Assembly: GCF_006345805.1 (NCBI RefSeq)
Contig: NC_043002.1
Span: 93,744,001 to 93,808,000 of the forward strand
Direction: 5' to 3'
Length of the DNA stretch: 64,000 bases
Origin: Octopus sinensis
Lineage: Eukaryota
Made by a program: the position numbers and the translations under genes. The notes beneath the pieces are model-generated. The model did not search any database, was not told the origin of the DNA, and was given only the letters and a program-made list of their open reading frames with translations. This document shows, one piece after another, positions 53,280 to 64,000 of this stretch (position 1 is its first letter; each line of letters starts with the position of its first letter).

Positions 53280-53630
53280 CATTATCATGATTTTAATTAA
53301 AAATAATAATAATAATTTTAACGTGCACACACATATACACACATAATAAACATATTTATGTATTCTTAGTCTGTTGGAGTATTTCAACCGAACAAAATGT
53401 AATCTCTGTATTGTCCTTTTTCATACCCTGAAGATTTTCCACCCAAGGTATTTTGAAATACAAACTTGATGATGATCCGGTTCTTGACTGAAGATTAGAG
53501 GCTTCGAATGACCCGTCCGTTTTTTTGTGTCGTCTATTTGAATGTTTTGCGTTCTTGTCCCATTTTGTATTTTTATATATATTTTTATACACACACACAC
53601 ACGCACACACACACACATACACACACACAT

Positions 53631-53664
<34 letters not shown>

Positions 53665-53832
53665 GTATATATGTTTTGTAATTTAAATTGGATGTGAAAT
53701 GAAACACTTGTAGGTAAATATGTTTATTAATTAATTCATACCGATTGAATCTCTCCATTTTCAAACTTTAATAATAATAATGATAACAACAACAACAACA
53801 ATAACAACAATAACAACAACAACGACAACAAC

Positions 53833-53883
<51 letters not shown>

Positions 53884-53903
53884 TATATTATAATAATAAT
53901 AAT

Positions 53904-53953
<50 letters not shown>

Positions 53954-54022
53954 GTGACCGCGTGAGTGCCGTTGGCGATTTTTTTCTCCGTCTTCCCTTC
54001 TTTGGATCTTTCCTTTTCTTAT

Positions 54023-54057
54023 GTTTCTGACGAAGAGCTCCGCTCGAAACGTTAAAT
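54023..54057 (+). ncRNA. Minimal type I hammerhead ribozyme
   Basis: GUUU-CUGACGA-A-GAGC(UCC)GCUC-GAAA-CG-UU^AAAU: intact core, short helix I. Lies in an element of about 210 bp (53950-54160) between microsatellites. Confidence 0.72.
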
Positions 54058-54405
54058 CCTCCTTCTTTCCTTCTTTCCTGAGCGTCCAATAATACTATAC
54101 TTGTTCCACGTCCTCGTGTTGTTGTGTTTTCTCTTTGTGTTTTCATGTTTGTATTAACTATATATATATACAGTAAAAGCAATTAAGATTCAAGTGAGTT
54201 CTGTTGAATTCACATGAATGAGGTACTTAACTTAGATGCACCAGAAATCTATATGGTATTAACCATAAGATAATGCGGGGTGATTATAATCAAGAAAAAA
54301 GCAACAAAAAAAAAACAAGGCTGCAATATTTGCAACCTTAATAAAGGTGGTCTTCGTACGAAACAATTGTACCGAAATATTGATCCATTTTTGTTGCTTT
54401 TTTCT

Positions 54406-54444
<39 letters not shown>

Positions 54445-55121
54445 AGTAAAGCCAGTCGCCACATCAAAGATGCTGTTGAATGTTACTACTAGTTTAATTC
54501 CAGGCAGATTTTCTGTCAGCTGATGATCGGTGCGACTCAGCACCCTGTATATGCAACATATTGTTAGCAAGGGACCGAACCCCTACCACTCTCTAACAGG
54601 TACCAGGAACGCGAGACTGACTCAGTTTCGAGTTATTTGGCTCATAGGGTGGTAGGGAATCGCTCCCCTGATGGTAATATATTGTATATAAAGGGATTAT
54701 GCGAACATACAAACAGAAATAATTACAGAAAAATAACATAGCAACGTTATTTTTGTTTGTTTTATCTCATTAAGATTACTTATTTTATTAATTGCTCTTA
54801 ATTTCTGTGTCAGAATACGCTAGGCTATTTGAGCAAACAATTAGATTAGGGATGAGAGTTTAGCTTATTGCTAGCTAATGAATATTTAGCTTATCGCTAG
54901 CTGATGAATAGTGGCATAATAGCCACTAGGTTTTCATCAGGACTAATCTTTGTTTTGAGTTTTTACCACTGACTCGAGATTTGTAACTTTATATAGTTAA
55001 TTTCCTTCTTTACTAAAGCTTTCATACACAGAAAATCCTGGGTCTGTAGCTTGCAAGGACCTTTTTTCTTTTTTTTTTCATAAAAACAGGAGTATAATGT
55101 AGATAATATTATATTCATCTT

Positions 55122-55284
55122 TCGTCTGTCTTTACGTTCTGAGTTCTAATTCCGCCGAGGTCAACTTTGCCTTTCATCCTTTCGGGGTCGATAAATTAAG
55201 TACCAGTTGCGTACTGGGGACGATCTAATCGACTAGCCCTTCCCCCAGAAGTTCAGGCCTTGTGCCTAGAGTAGAAAAGAAAAG
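55122..55284 (+). mobile_element. 5'-truncated SINE family B (tail 2) with 17-bp TSD
   Basis: AATATTATATTCATCTT at 55105-55121 and 55285-55301. Confidence 0.9.
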
Positions 55285-56215
55285 AATATTATATTCATCT
55301 TCCCAAAAGATATCAATAATATATTTACTGATTCAGTGAATCTATTGTTTTAATCTGCATCAATAATGTATTCATATTGCTGTTACTAAGTTCCCAACCT
55401 TGCTGGCTTACGAGTACATGTTCCCTTTCAAACTTAAGCTTCAATAATATAAATCCTTGTCGAATAATGGAATCAATACAATTGGCTGTCATTTGTGATC
55501 TCATGTCAGTGCAAGTTTATTTATACCAAAATTAAATTACAATGGGACTAAACAAAAAAAAATCAGTACTTATATAATTATGTTAGCAAAAACAGAACAA
55601 GCATATGAAGCAACTAATTCAGCGGATGAGATAACTATGTTGACTTAATTGGATTCCTAAGCTATGTAGGCTGGCCAGTTATGAAGTTTCCTTGATATAG
55701 CTACAACTTTTCTAAAATTACAGAAAATATTAAACATGCTGGAGAGTATTGGGGGAATTCAACACAAAAAAGATCGCCAGTGATTGCAAGGAAAAAAGCA
55801 TTGGCTTGCATAACACACACTTTTCCTTAAGAATTATGATATTTTGGGAATGAAATCATAATGAATAAACTCTCATTTAGAATGTTCACTGCCTCGTATG
55901 CATCTTTTGAAAAAGTAAGAACTTAAAGAATTAACCATGATAGAAATCTTTAGTTGAAGTTGCTAACCGTCATCATACCTTTGTTAGTCGAGATGTAATA
56001 ATTGATTCATAGAGAGAGAGACTTTTTATTGTTCAAGCAACATATTACCGCAACCCAGTCGTGTAGAAGTATATATTTTTTAAACTTTTGTTTCGGTACT
56101 TTATTCATTTCATTTAAGCTAAGTCACTAAAACAATGAAAGAATGAAACATAAACAAAACCAACAGAATGGAGATTCATAGACATTGAGTTACACATGAG
56201 CAGCAGAAAGTTTAC

Positions 56216-56304
56216 TCTGATGTTCTTGTTGCTTAATCGTAGTGAGAGTTTTTTCTGTGCCTGGGCAAGTTTGTTATTTAATGTTGGCAATGCTTTCCCA
56301 GAAT
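56216..56304 (-). CDS. Candidate 89-nt coding exon of an unknown host gene
   Basis: Strong acceptor CCCTTTTCACCTCTCTTCACTTGTTTCTAG| and donor AGA|GTAAAC; only one frame open: (D)SGKALPTLNNKLAQAQKKLSLRLSNKNIR. Confidence 0.3.
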
Positions 56305-56439
56305 CTAGAAACAAGTGAAGAGAGGTGAAAAGGGTCCTTCTAGGATGTGCATGTTTTCCATGATTTGGCGACTTTTGGTAGACCTCACCGTACACACCCT
56401 TGAAATCTATACATCATAATAAAGTCTATTTATGTTTCT

Positions 56440-57650
56440 CTTGTTTATAATATTTATTGTTTGTTGTGTAATCTTAGTGCTTTTTTATAAAAACAAACAA
56501 CCTGTGCTAAAAATTTTCTCCACCTCCATTACTATCTCTCATTTCTCCACATCCTGTCAGACTGTCACACTACGCGGTATAGTGACAAAGATATCTTTGA
56601 ACTACTACGCTCTATCAACTCTGGTGGACCGCAAGGTCTTGTTATGCTGCCCCAACTCTTTTCCGCTCAGCAATGACCTCTTTGCTGTCAGTTCTAGCAG
56701 CTTCCACTCCCATTTAAATCATACCATTCTCTACTCATCCTTAAGCTTCTTCAAATAGATGACATCGATATTGAACTTAAAGACGCCAGACCAGTACTGC
56801 ATCTAAGAACAGAGTCCGTTGAAGCATTCTTCAATGGAGACACGACTGTGTAGTACCCTTCAATAGCATCAAATGCGCATAAAACATTCATATACATCTC
56901 CCTCTCTAGTCACCACAACACACAATAAACCCTTCAAGCGACTAAAGTTATTTTTTGGCCTCAATCTCTGATAATTTCTCATAGTCTCCACATAATAACT
57001 CATGGTGTCCCGCACCATAAAGTTCAGTGTTCTCTTTTAGGGCCAGAAAATACTTTAACCCTGTTCATTTGCGGACTCTGTACAAAACTCAAGCGAGGTC
57101 ATTATTCTAACACTGTTCTCATATGTAGAGCGTTGTTGCCTCCACGCACAAAAGCAGCATTGGACCCCATTCGAAAGAACATCATATGATTGATTGTTAG
57201 AGATTCTCTCTATCGCTGCTAAAGTGACCTATTTCTTTGATGTATATAGCTCCTTCACACGCCAAACTTACTGTTTCGTCTCATCATACTATTCTAATTG
57301 TGCATCATCCCCTCCTGCCACCATTAGCGTCTCACTTCCTACTACCACTCTTACTGAGTCTCACCTCTCACCACAATTCTTACTGTGTAATTCTCTTCCC
57401 ACCAACTTTCCTTTGACCCTCATCCTACTGTAATTTTACTATGACTAACCGCTTACTGTGTATTACCTCCCCACAACTATTATTGCGTTTCCCATCGGAG
57501 ATCTTCAGTAAAACAGTTCAATGAGTTTTTTTCTTTTCACGACTGCAACCATCTGGGATTCCTTGTCTTCGTTTATCAAACAGGTGTCAACATACCGACG
57601 TTCAAATTAATCATTAACGGCGTCAATCTTGCCAGTCTTGTGGTACTACA
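56440..57650 (+). pseudogene. Very old CR1/L2/Jockey-like LINE relic
   Basis: 'SFPLSNDLFAVSSSSFHSH...TILYSS' resembles 'LFxxxINDL...HSYADDSTL'; 3' 'FSRTATIWDSL...FKLIIN'. Confidence 0.45.
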
Positions 57651-57959
57651 TAAGCTATGGGCACTGCTCAATTTTTTTTGACAACCAGAATTTCTCATTA
57701 TGTCAAGTTTGATTTCAGTGCGACTTTTCATGTGAACTATGTCTCATTGACTAACAATAAAAAATTCAGTGCTGTACAACGCAAAAATGACTTGCATAAA
57801 CTTACAAAAGGCATCACGTAATATTTTGGAAGATTGTGTCAAGTTTTCGTAAGCTCATGTAGATTGTTGTCGTTGTCATCGTCGTCGTTGTTTGGTCTCT
57901 GATCCTATTCAAGCAGTCCTATGTTCAAAGTTTCCTAATCTTGGCTCTCTCTGTCTCTT

Positions 57960-58720
57960 TTTTTACACAGGCCAACAGAGACCATACTATACTGGCAACC
58001 AAAGAAATATTTCTGTACGTGCCACCAGAAACACCTCTGTACAGGCCAAAACAGAATCACCTATACAAACCAAAAGAAGGTCCTCTATACAGGCTACAAG
58101 AGAGACCTCTGTGCAGGAAACTAACAGAACCGCAATATTAAGTCAAGAGAGAAATCACTATACAGGCCAATAGAGTGTCTTTATACAAATCAACAGAGAA
58201 AACACTACACGGGCTAACAAGGGAGCTTCAGCAGAAAAATTTGTATACAGGTCATTAAAGAAACCACTCTATACAGCGCTCAGTAGAGGTCATCAGAGAG
58301 ACGTCTGTACAAGCCAATAAAGAAACCTTCATGTAGGCCACAGCAGAGACATCTATATGGCGGCGAGCTGGCAGAAACGTTAGCACGCCGGGCGAAATGC
58401 TTAGCCGTATTTCGTCTGTCGTTACGTTCCGAGTTCAAATTCCGCCGAGGTCGACTTTGCCTTTCATCCTTTCGGGGTCGATAAATTAAGTACCAATTAC
58501 GCACTGGAGTCGATGTAATCGACTTAATCCCATTGTCTGTCCTTGTTTGTCCCCTCTGTGTTTAGCCCCTTGTGGGTAGTAAAGAAATATATATAAAGGG
58601 ATCGCTATAAAAGCCAATCGAAAGGGGTCTCTAAACAGGCTACTCGAGAGACCTCTATACTGATCATCCGAGAGATCCGCATACAGGCTACGGAAAATAC
58701 CTACGTAGGCCACTTGGGAA
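57960..58720 (+). repeat. Degenerate 24-bp minisatellite interrupted by a SINE
   Basis: Recurring CT(A/G)TACAGGC with about 24-bp period; reads SVRATRNT-SVQAKTES-PIQTKRRS-SIQATRET. Confidence 0.65.
58359..58589 (+). mobile_element. SINE family B monomer (tail 1), full length
   Basis: GGCGGCGAGCTGGCAGAAACG head, GAGTTCAAATTCC B box, tail GCCCCTTGTGGGTAGTAAAGAAATA. Confidence 0.9.
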
Positions 58721-59078
58721 GTCTTTATTTGATCTTCGTTTGTTATAAACTGCAGTTGCATTCCATTGTACAACATCCATTCATCATTAAAGAAGCAATC
58801 TTTAAGACATGTTTGAAAATAAAAGGCCTTTAGACAGTCATGCTTAGCATGCTTTTCATTGAATGTGACAACCACAAATTTGACAACAACAACAACAACG
58901 ATATTTAAAACAGAAAGGTGTTGCGTCGAGCTAAAAAAAGCAACAAAACCGCCTTTTTTTCTATTTCAGTGTTTTAGTGTGTTCACTGCCCTAAAATGTC
59001 AAGTTATTGAGAAAATATCAAATACCACACGTCATTTATTGACAAAAAAATACACACCGTATGTTTGTATATTTGTAT

Positions 59079-59125
<47 letters not shown>

Positions 59126-59306
59126 CATTTATATATATATATTATATATATATATATGTATGTATATATAAATATATATATGTATGTATATGTGTATATA
59201 TACATATATATATATACATGTATATAAATATATATGTATGTATATACATATACATACATACATACATACATACATACATACATACATACATGCATCTGTG
59301 TGTGCT

Positions 59307-59349
<43 letters not shown>

Positions 59350-60274
59350 TATAACGAAATATGGAATAAATGAAATGTTTTCATTAGCTGATATATGTAA
59401 TCGTTTCCATACAGTTTCTCAACTCTGCTAGAAGTAAATGTCAAATTTGGTAAAATAAACATTACTAATAAGTTTGGTAGATGACTTGACGTTTCAAAGA
59501 CCTCAACTAGGGCGTATAAAACAGATGAAAAATAATGGGATAGGATACAATATCTGAGGGCTTATAACTTATAGAATGTGTAAATACAATATTTGAGAGC
59601 TTAAAACTTAAAAGGATGTGTAAAAAGATTTACGGAAACATACCAAAATTCTCGCACACATACACGTGCATACACTCGCGCGCACACACACGCGCACACA
59701 CACGCGCATACACATGCCCATACACAGGCACACACTCACGCGCAAACACACGCGCACACATATTTATGTTTATTCATATGTATATAATAATAATATTAGG
59801 GAGTAAATCCAAACTTACAGGGAAAAATTAGATTTAGGATTAAATCTAATTTTACAGTATAAATATATATATTAAATTAGAGATAAAAACCACTATTAGG
59901 CAAATCAAACAGTGAAAAACATAAACCAAAACATAGAAATAAAATTAATTAATATACTATACAAAAAATATATAAAATATAAAATTCAAAATTTAAATTA
60001 TTTAAATTTAACGTTAAAATAAAAAAAAATTTAATTATTAATTTATACTTATAAATTATATATATATATATATACATATTTATATATATATATATTTTTA
60101 ATTATTTTTATTTCTATTATTATTTTATATTTTTATTTATTTTTTTATTTTTTTAATTTTATTTATTATATATATATATATTATATATATATATATATTT
60201 ATTAATTTTTATTTTTCTATTTACTCATTTTTTATATATATATAAACATACACACATGTATACATACATACGTT

Positions 60275-60313
<39 letters not shown>

Positions 60314-60351
60314 TATATACATATATATACATATATATACACATATATATA

Positions 60352-60390
<39 letters not shown>

Positions 60391-60549
60391 TTTTATTATT
60401 ATTTTATATTTTTATTGTTATTTTTATTTTTCTATTTACTCATTTTTTATATATGTATATAAACATTACACACATGTATACATACATACGTTTATGTATA
60501 TATTTATATATATATATACATATATATACACACATATATATATATGTAC

Positions 60550-60583
<34 letters not shown>

Positions 60584-61089
60584 CGGCATATATACACACA
60601 TTCACACACAAACATTACATATGTAGCAAGTAGCCATTTTAAAATAAAGCGCCAATATGTGGTAGCTGGCAATATGACGTAATGTCGTATTGCCGAAGAA
60701 ATATTATTGTCGTTTTTCCATTGGCTAATATAACTGCTCATATAAGGATTCTAAAGTTACTTAAAGAATATTTTGTATGGGATTTCGATTCTTTTAAGTC
60801 AAGTTGAGCAGTTATAAAAACCCTGGATTTTAGGAAAGATCTTAGTCTTTGTTGGATGTAGCTAAACTCCACGACACTCATTCCTTTGAGACAACATCAA
60901 AAAGGTGCTTTTTTTCTATGAAAATCCCTATTTTTAATGATTTTTTGACTGCAGTGTCGCCATTTTTAGGTGTATTTCAACTAGCGGTTCGGCAAAGGGG
61001 CGATAGAAGAAGTACCAGGCTTAAATAAAAAGTACTGGGGTCGATTCGTTCGACTAAAAAATTCTTCGAGGTGATGCTCCAGCATAATC

Positions 61090-62310
61090 TGATGGTGAAC
61101 GCACAAAAACAACTGCTGGCTTGCCAAGTCCTCAAAACATGTACCGAGAGTGATGAAAATCAACCATCCAGTCAACATTATGTTGTTTGGGAGTAATCAC
61201 TAGTGATGGCGACGTTATGCCTCTATTCATTTTCCTACACGGCCTCAGACTCAGCACAAAAGCCTACATCAAGTGCCTGGAGGAGGTAGTGCTGTCCTGG
61301 GTCAAGAGGGTGGCTGCTGGAAGTCCCTATGTCTGTCAACAAGACACTGCACCATGCTACACAAGCGGGAGAACCCAGTTATGGCTGTCAGATAATTTCT
61401 GCGACCACATCACCTCTAACATCTGGCCACTTAACCTCCCAGACAGCAACTCTCTTGATTATCATGAGTGGTGTGCAGTTGAGCGAGAGACCAACAAAAT
61501 TCCTTGTAACACCAAAGATGAATTGAAGGCAACGATTATGGCAGCAGTCCAAGATGCGAGCGGGATAGGGAAACTGTCCCGCACGCTATTGTTCATTGTT
61601 CGGTCGTGTCAGAGGTGTGGGTTTATGCCGAGAAGCTGTTGTCAAGCACACGAAGAGTACAGCTGTCGACTGAGTCTATTATAAAAATTGACCCACCAGA
61701 TTTCCTCACGAAAGAAGGTAAGAATTGTTTTCTCGTTGTAGTAGCAATTGCGAAAGAGGTAATTTGGAAGACTAGGATGAATGGTTTACGGTCAGGTAAG
61801 TTCATCTCCGGCTCTGGTTTGATGAATTACTTCATCTTTCACCTAAAAAGGAAGATAGGGCTGGAGAGAAAATGCCTGACTAAGAGAGTGTATGAAGAAC
61901 GATGGAAGGATGTAGCACGAAAGTTGCGAGTGGATGATACCACATAAATGTAATACTAGACAAAACCAAAGTATCAGTGGGGAGACGGGGCTCGTGGGGT
62001 CCGAGCTAAACCCGCTCCCACTCCATCCGTAATGTCTTCCGGTCTGTTCTTCATTCGATTTCTTCGATTTCTTCATATTTTTGTAATTTTTGTAAATTTT
62101 TAAATTCATCTTTTTGTAATCCCATTCGTGTATCTGACCTCACATCAGATTGTATTGTCCCCTCTATGTTCGCCCCTAGTGGGTAATAAAAAAAACAGAT
62201 TATGGCAGCAGTCACCAACTTAAACAAGGAGACCGTCGAGAGGAGTTGCAGGAGATTCCGAAGTCATCTGGAGACCGTGGTTGAAGCCAATGGCGATTTT
62301 ATTGAATAAA
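61090..62310 (+). mobile_element. maT/DD37D Tc1-mariner transposase 3' half, split by a LINE insertion
   Basis: 'GVITSDGDVMP', 'QQDTAPC' to 'PDSNSLDY' with 37 residues between the Asp residues; resumes at 62198 with 'IMAAVTNLNKETV..SC.RFRSHLE.VVEANGDFIE*'. Confidence 0.85.
61550..62197 (+). mobile_element. 5'-truncated Tx1/L1-like LINE with poly(A) and 16-bp TSD
   Basis: Zinc finger 'PRCERDRETVPHAIVHCSVVSEVW...AKEVIWKTR'; AATAAA-A tail; GATTATGGCAGCAGTC at 61534-61549 and 62198-62213. Confidence 0.88.
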
Positions 62311-62609
62311 TTTACTCGTTAGTATTTCAAGATAATGATCTGGTACGCGCAAATCCAAGGCCGCGCGACCAAGATCAAACGTTTACGTATGTCCCTCAAC
62401 AGCATTGGCCAGTACACGCACACGTTCAAGGTCATACGCAGTGCCACGCTCACGCACATACATGCACAGGATGACTAAGTGTCTACGCGGGAAAACGCTT
62501 TTTGTGGTGTTTACTTAATGTAAAGTGGATTCAAGTTAGAAAAACATAGGGCATTTGTGAAGTGAGGAAAACCCAATCAATTTGCGGTAACAAACAAAAA
62601 GTTTATTAT

Positions 62610-63693
62610 GTGCAAGTTAAGGCTAAAAGAAAGCAGTTGTAATTCAATTTGAAAGGGGAAGCCCGTAAGGGATTGTTATAGGTAAACTCTAATCAAATTA
62701 AGATTTCACACACCATAAGTAATAACCTGAGTACCCTTGTCACCTGCTATGTAGATAGCGAACGATTCGACCTCAGGCTGAATGCGAACTCAACAAACGA
62801 TGGTTATGTGTATTTTCAAAATAATGCTGTGGTGCGGTCAAATTCGAGTTTTTCGCTTTCTGCTTCCTCTTTTTTTGTCCGACTATGACGCGTGCACACT
62901 CCCGCTAACTGAAAGCTTCAAATCATGTGCTTGTTGTTCGTTTCCGGTGTTTCAATAAAAAGTTCTTACTAAAGTAGTGCAGAAACACTGTATGACTCGT
63001 GAGTTCTAGCCTTGAATTGTCTTAGGTACCAGTGAGCTTCTGTTTGTTTAGCTATAAAATTGGGTAAGAACAAAACTCAGGCTTTTTACAGATAAAGATT
63101 GCTTCATTTTATGCTAAATCGCTTTCTTTGTTTTCGGAAATTATGTTCGCCTTTCCATCGCATATGTTTTTTAACACGTTTGACTGAGCCTTTGCAGATT
63201 CTGAGCCCACCCAGAGGTGCAGCTGCACTGGGTAATTAATCATCGCAAATTTGGCGGCTTTGTTGAAGATGAAGGGGGAGCATGTTAGAAAATCGATAAA
63301 GACCACCATGAAAGCAAACCTTCACCAACAAAATGGAATGAATAATCAGCGCTGACAAAGTTTAAAAATTTTCTAGCGAGCGGGGAAATGTGACTGGAAA
63401 TTAATTAGTATCTCAATTTTCACTCGTATCTCAAAACACAAGAGCATGAAATTTCGCTTAAGAAAATCTTTGTATCTTAGGTCATTCGTACCTCAAGTTG
63501 AAGCTAAAAGGTTGCAGTCAATTTAAATGCGGAAACCCGCAAGGAATAGTTTTATTGAGTTTCCACTGATTGATTGGCAATTTTGGTAAACTCGAATCAA
63601 ATTAAGATTTCTTGCACCAAAAGGATCACCCTGATAACCCTATGCCCCTGCTGTGTAGGTAGCAAATGATTCGATCTTAGGCTAAATGCAAAC
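62610..63693. repeat. Diverged direct duplication, offset 904 bp
   Basis: 62682-62789 versus 63586-63693: 85/108 identical with no indels; homology extends about 70 bp upstream. Confidence 0.7.
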
Positions 63694-64000
63694 AAAGAAA
63701 CGTTTTTTATGAAAACCCCTTGGGTGGGGTGGGGGGTCAACTTACCCATTTTTCATTTTTAATCCTACCTGAATAAAACATCCTGGGCTCTCGCTGGATA
63801 ACTTAAATCAACCGAAAGCATAAAAGTAAAACCCTTCCTAAATAGATTCATTGAATAGGCTCCAACTCTTTTATGGCATACTTAAGGAATGATAGCATAT
63901 CAAGCATATTTGATCTTTCATGAAAATCCCGCTCTCTTGTCTTTCACTTGGTCTAACTCGTTAATTATTCCCTGCATTTCTCAAATCAAAAAAGCGTGCA

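Noticed and set aside
54562-55030. Possible solo LTR (TGTTAG...CATACA, TATA-like motif)
   Set aside because: No target-site duplication and no second copy in the window.
59470-59515. Minus-strand GAGGUCUUUGAAACGUC hammerhead-like fragment
   Set aside because: The CUGANGA box and helix II are too degraded to support a call.
63586-63680. HDV-like ribozyme (P2-like TCGAATCA/TGATTCGA with CAAA linker)
   Set aside because: The spacing between P2 and P4 is about twice the expected length, and no P1, P3 or P1.1 was found.

Overview
AT-rich, microsatellite-dense animal genomic DNA. My best guess is an octopod cephalopod, inferred from recollection of similar SINEs and not checked against a database. 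No intact host gene is evident; two possible minus-strand exons are low confidence. The window is a transposon graveyard containing Ty3/Gypsy pol and gag relics, four mariners, a DD37D (maT) element, a hAT/Buster relic, MITEs and foldbacks, non-autonomous Helitrons (one retains a Pif1-helicase segment, three form a head-to-tail array), R4/Dong-like, RTE, CR1/L2-like and Tx1/L1-like LINE fragments, a near-complete decayed Penelope-like element (PLE) and at least five tRNA-derived SINE families. The main non-obvious signal is about nine type I hammerhead ribozyme (HHR) motifs, five with intact catalytic cores and most with the short palindromic helix III typical of PLE ribozymes. One HHR lies in the tail of a tRNA-promoter SINE (11168-13130), whose internal (AAT)n tract was later hit by an R4/Dong LINE. 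In addition, the 3' end of a Tx1/L1-like LINE matches one tail of a multimeric SINE family. All structures were folded and aligned by eye.
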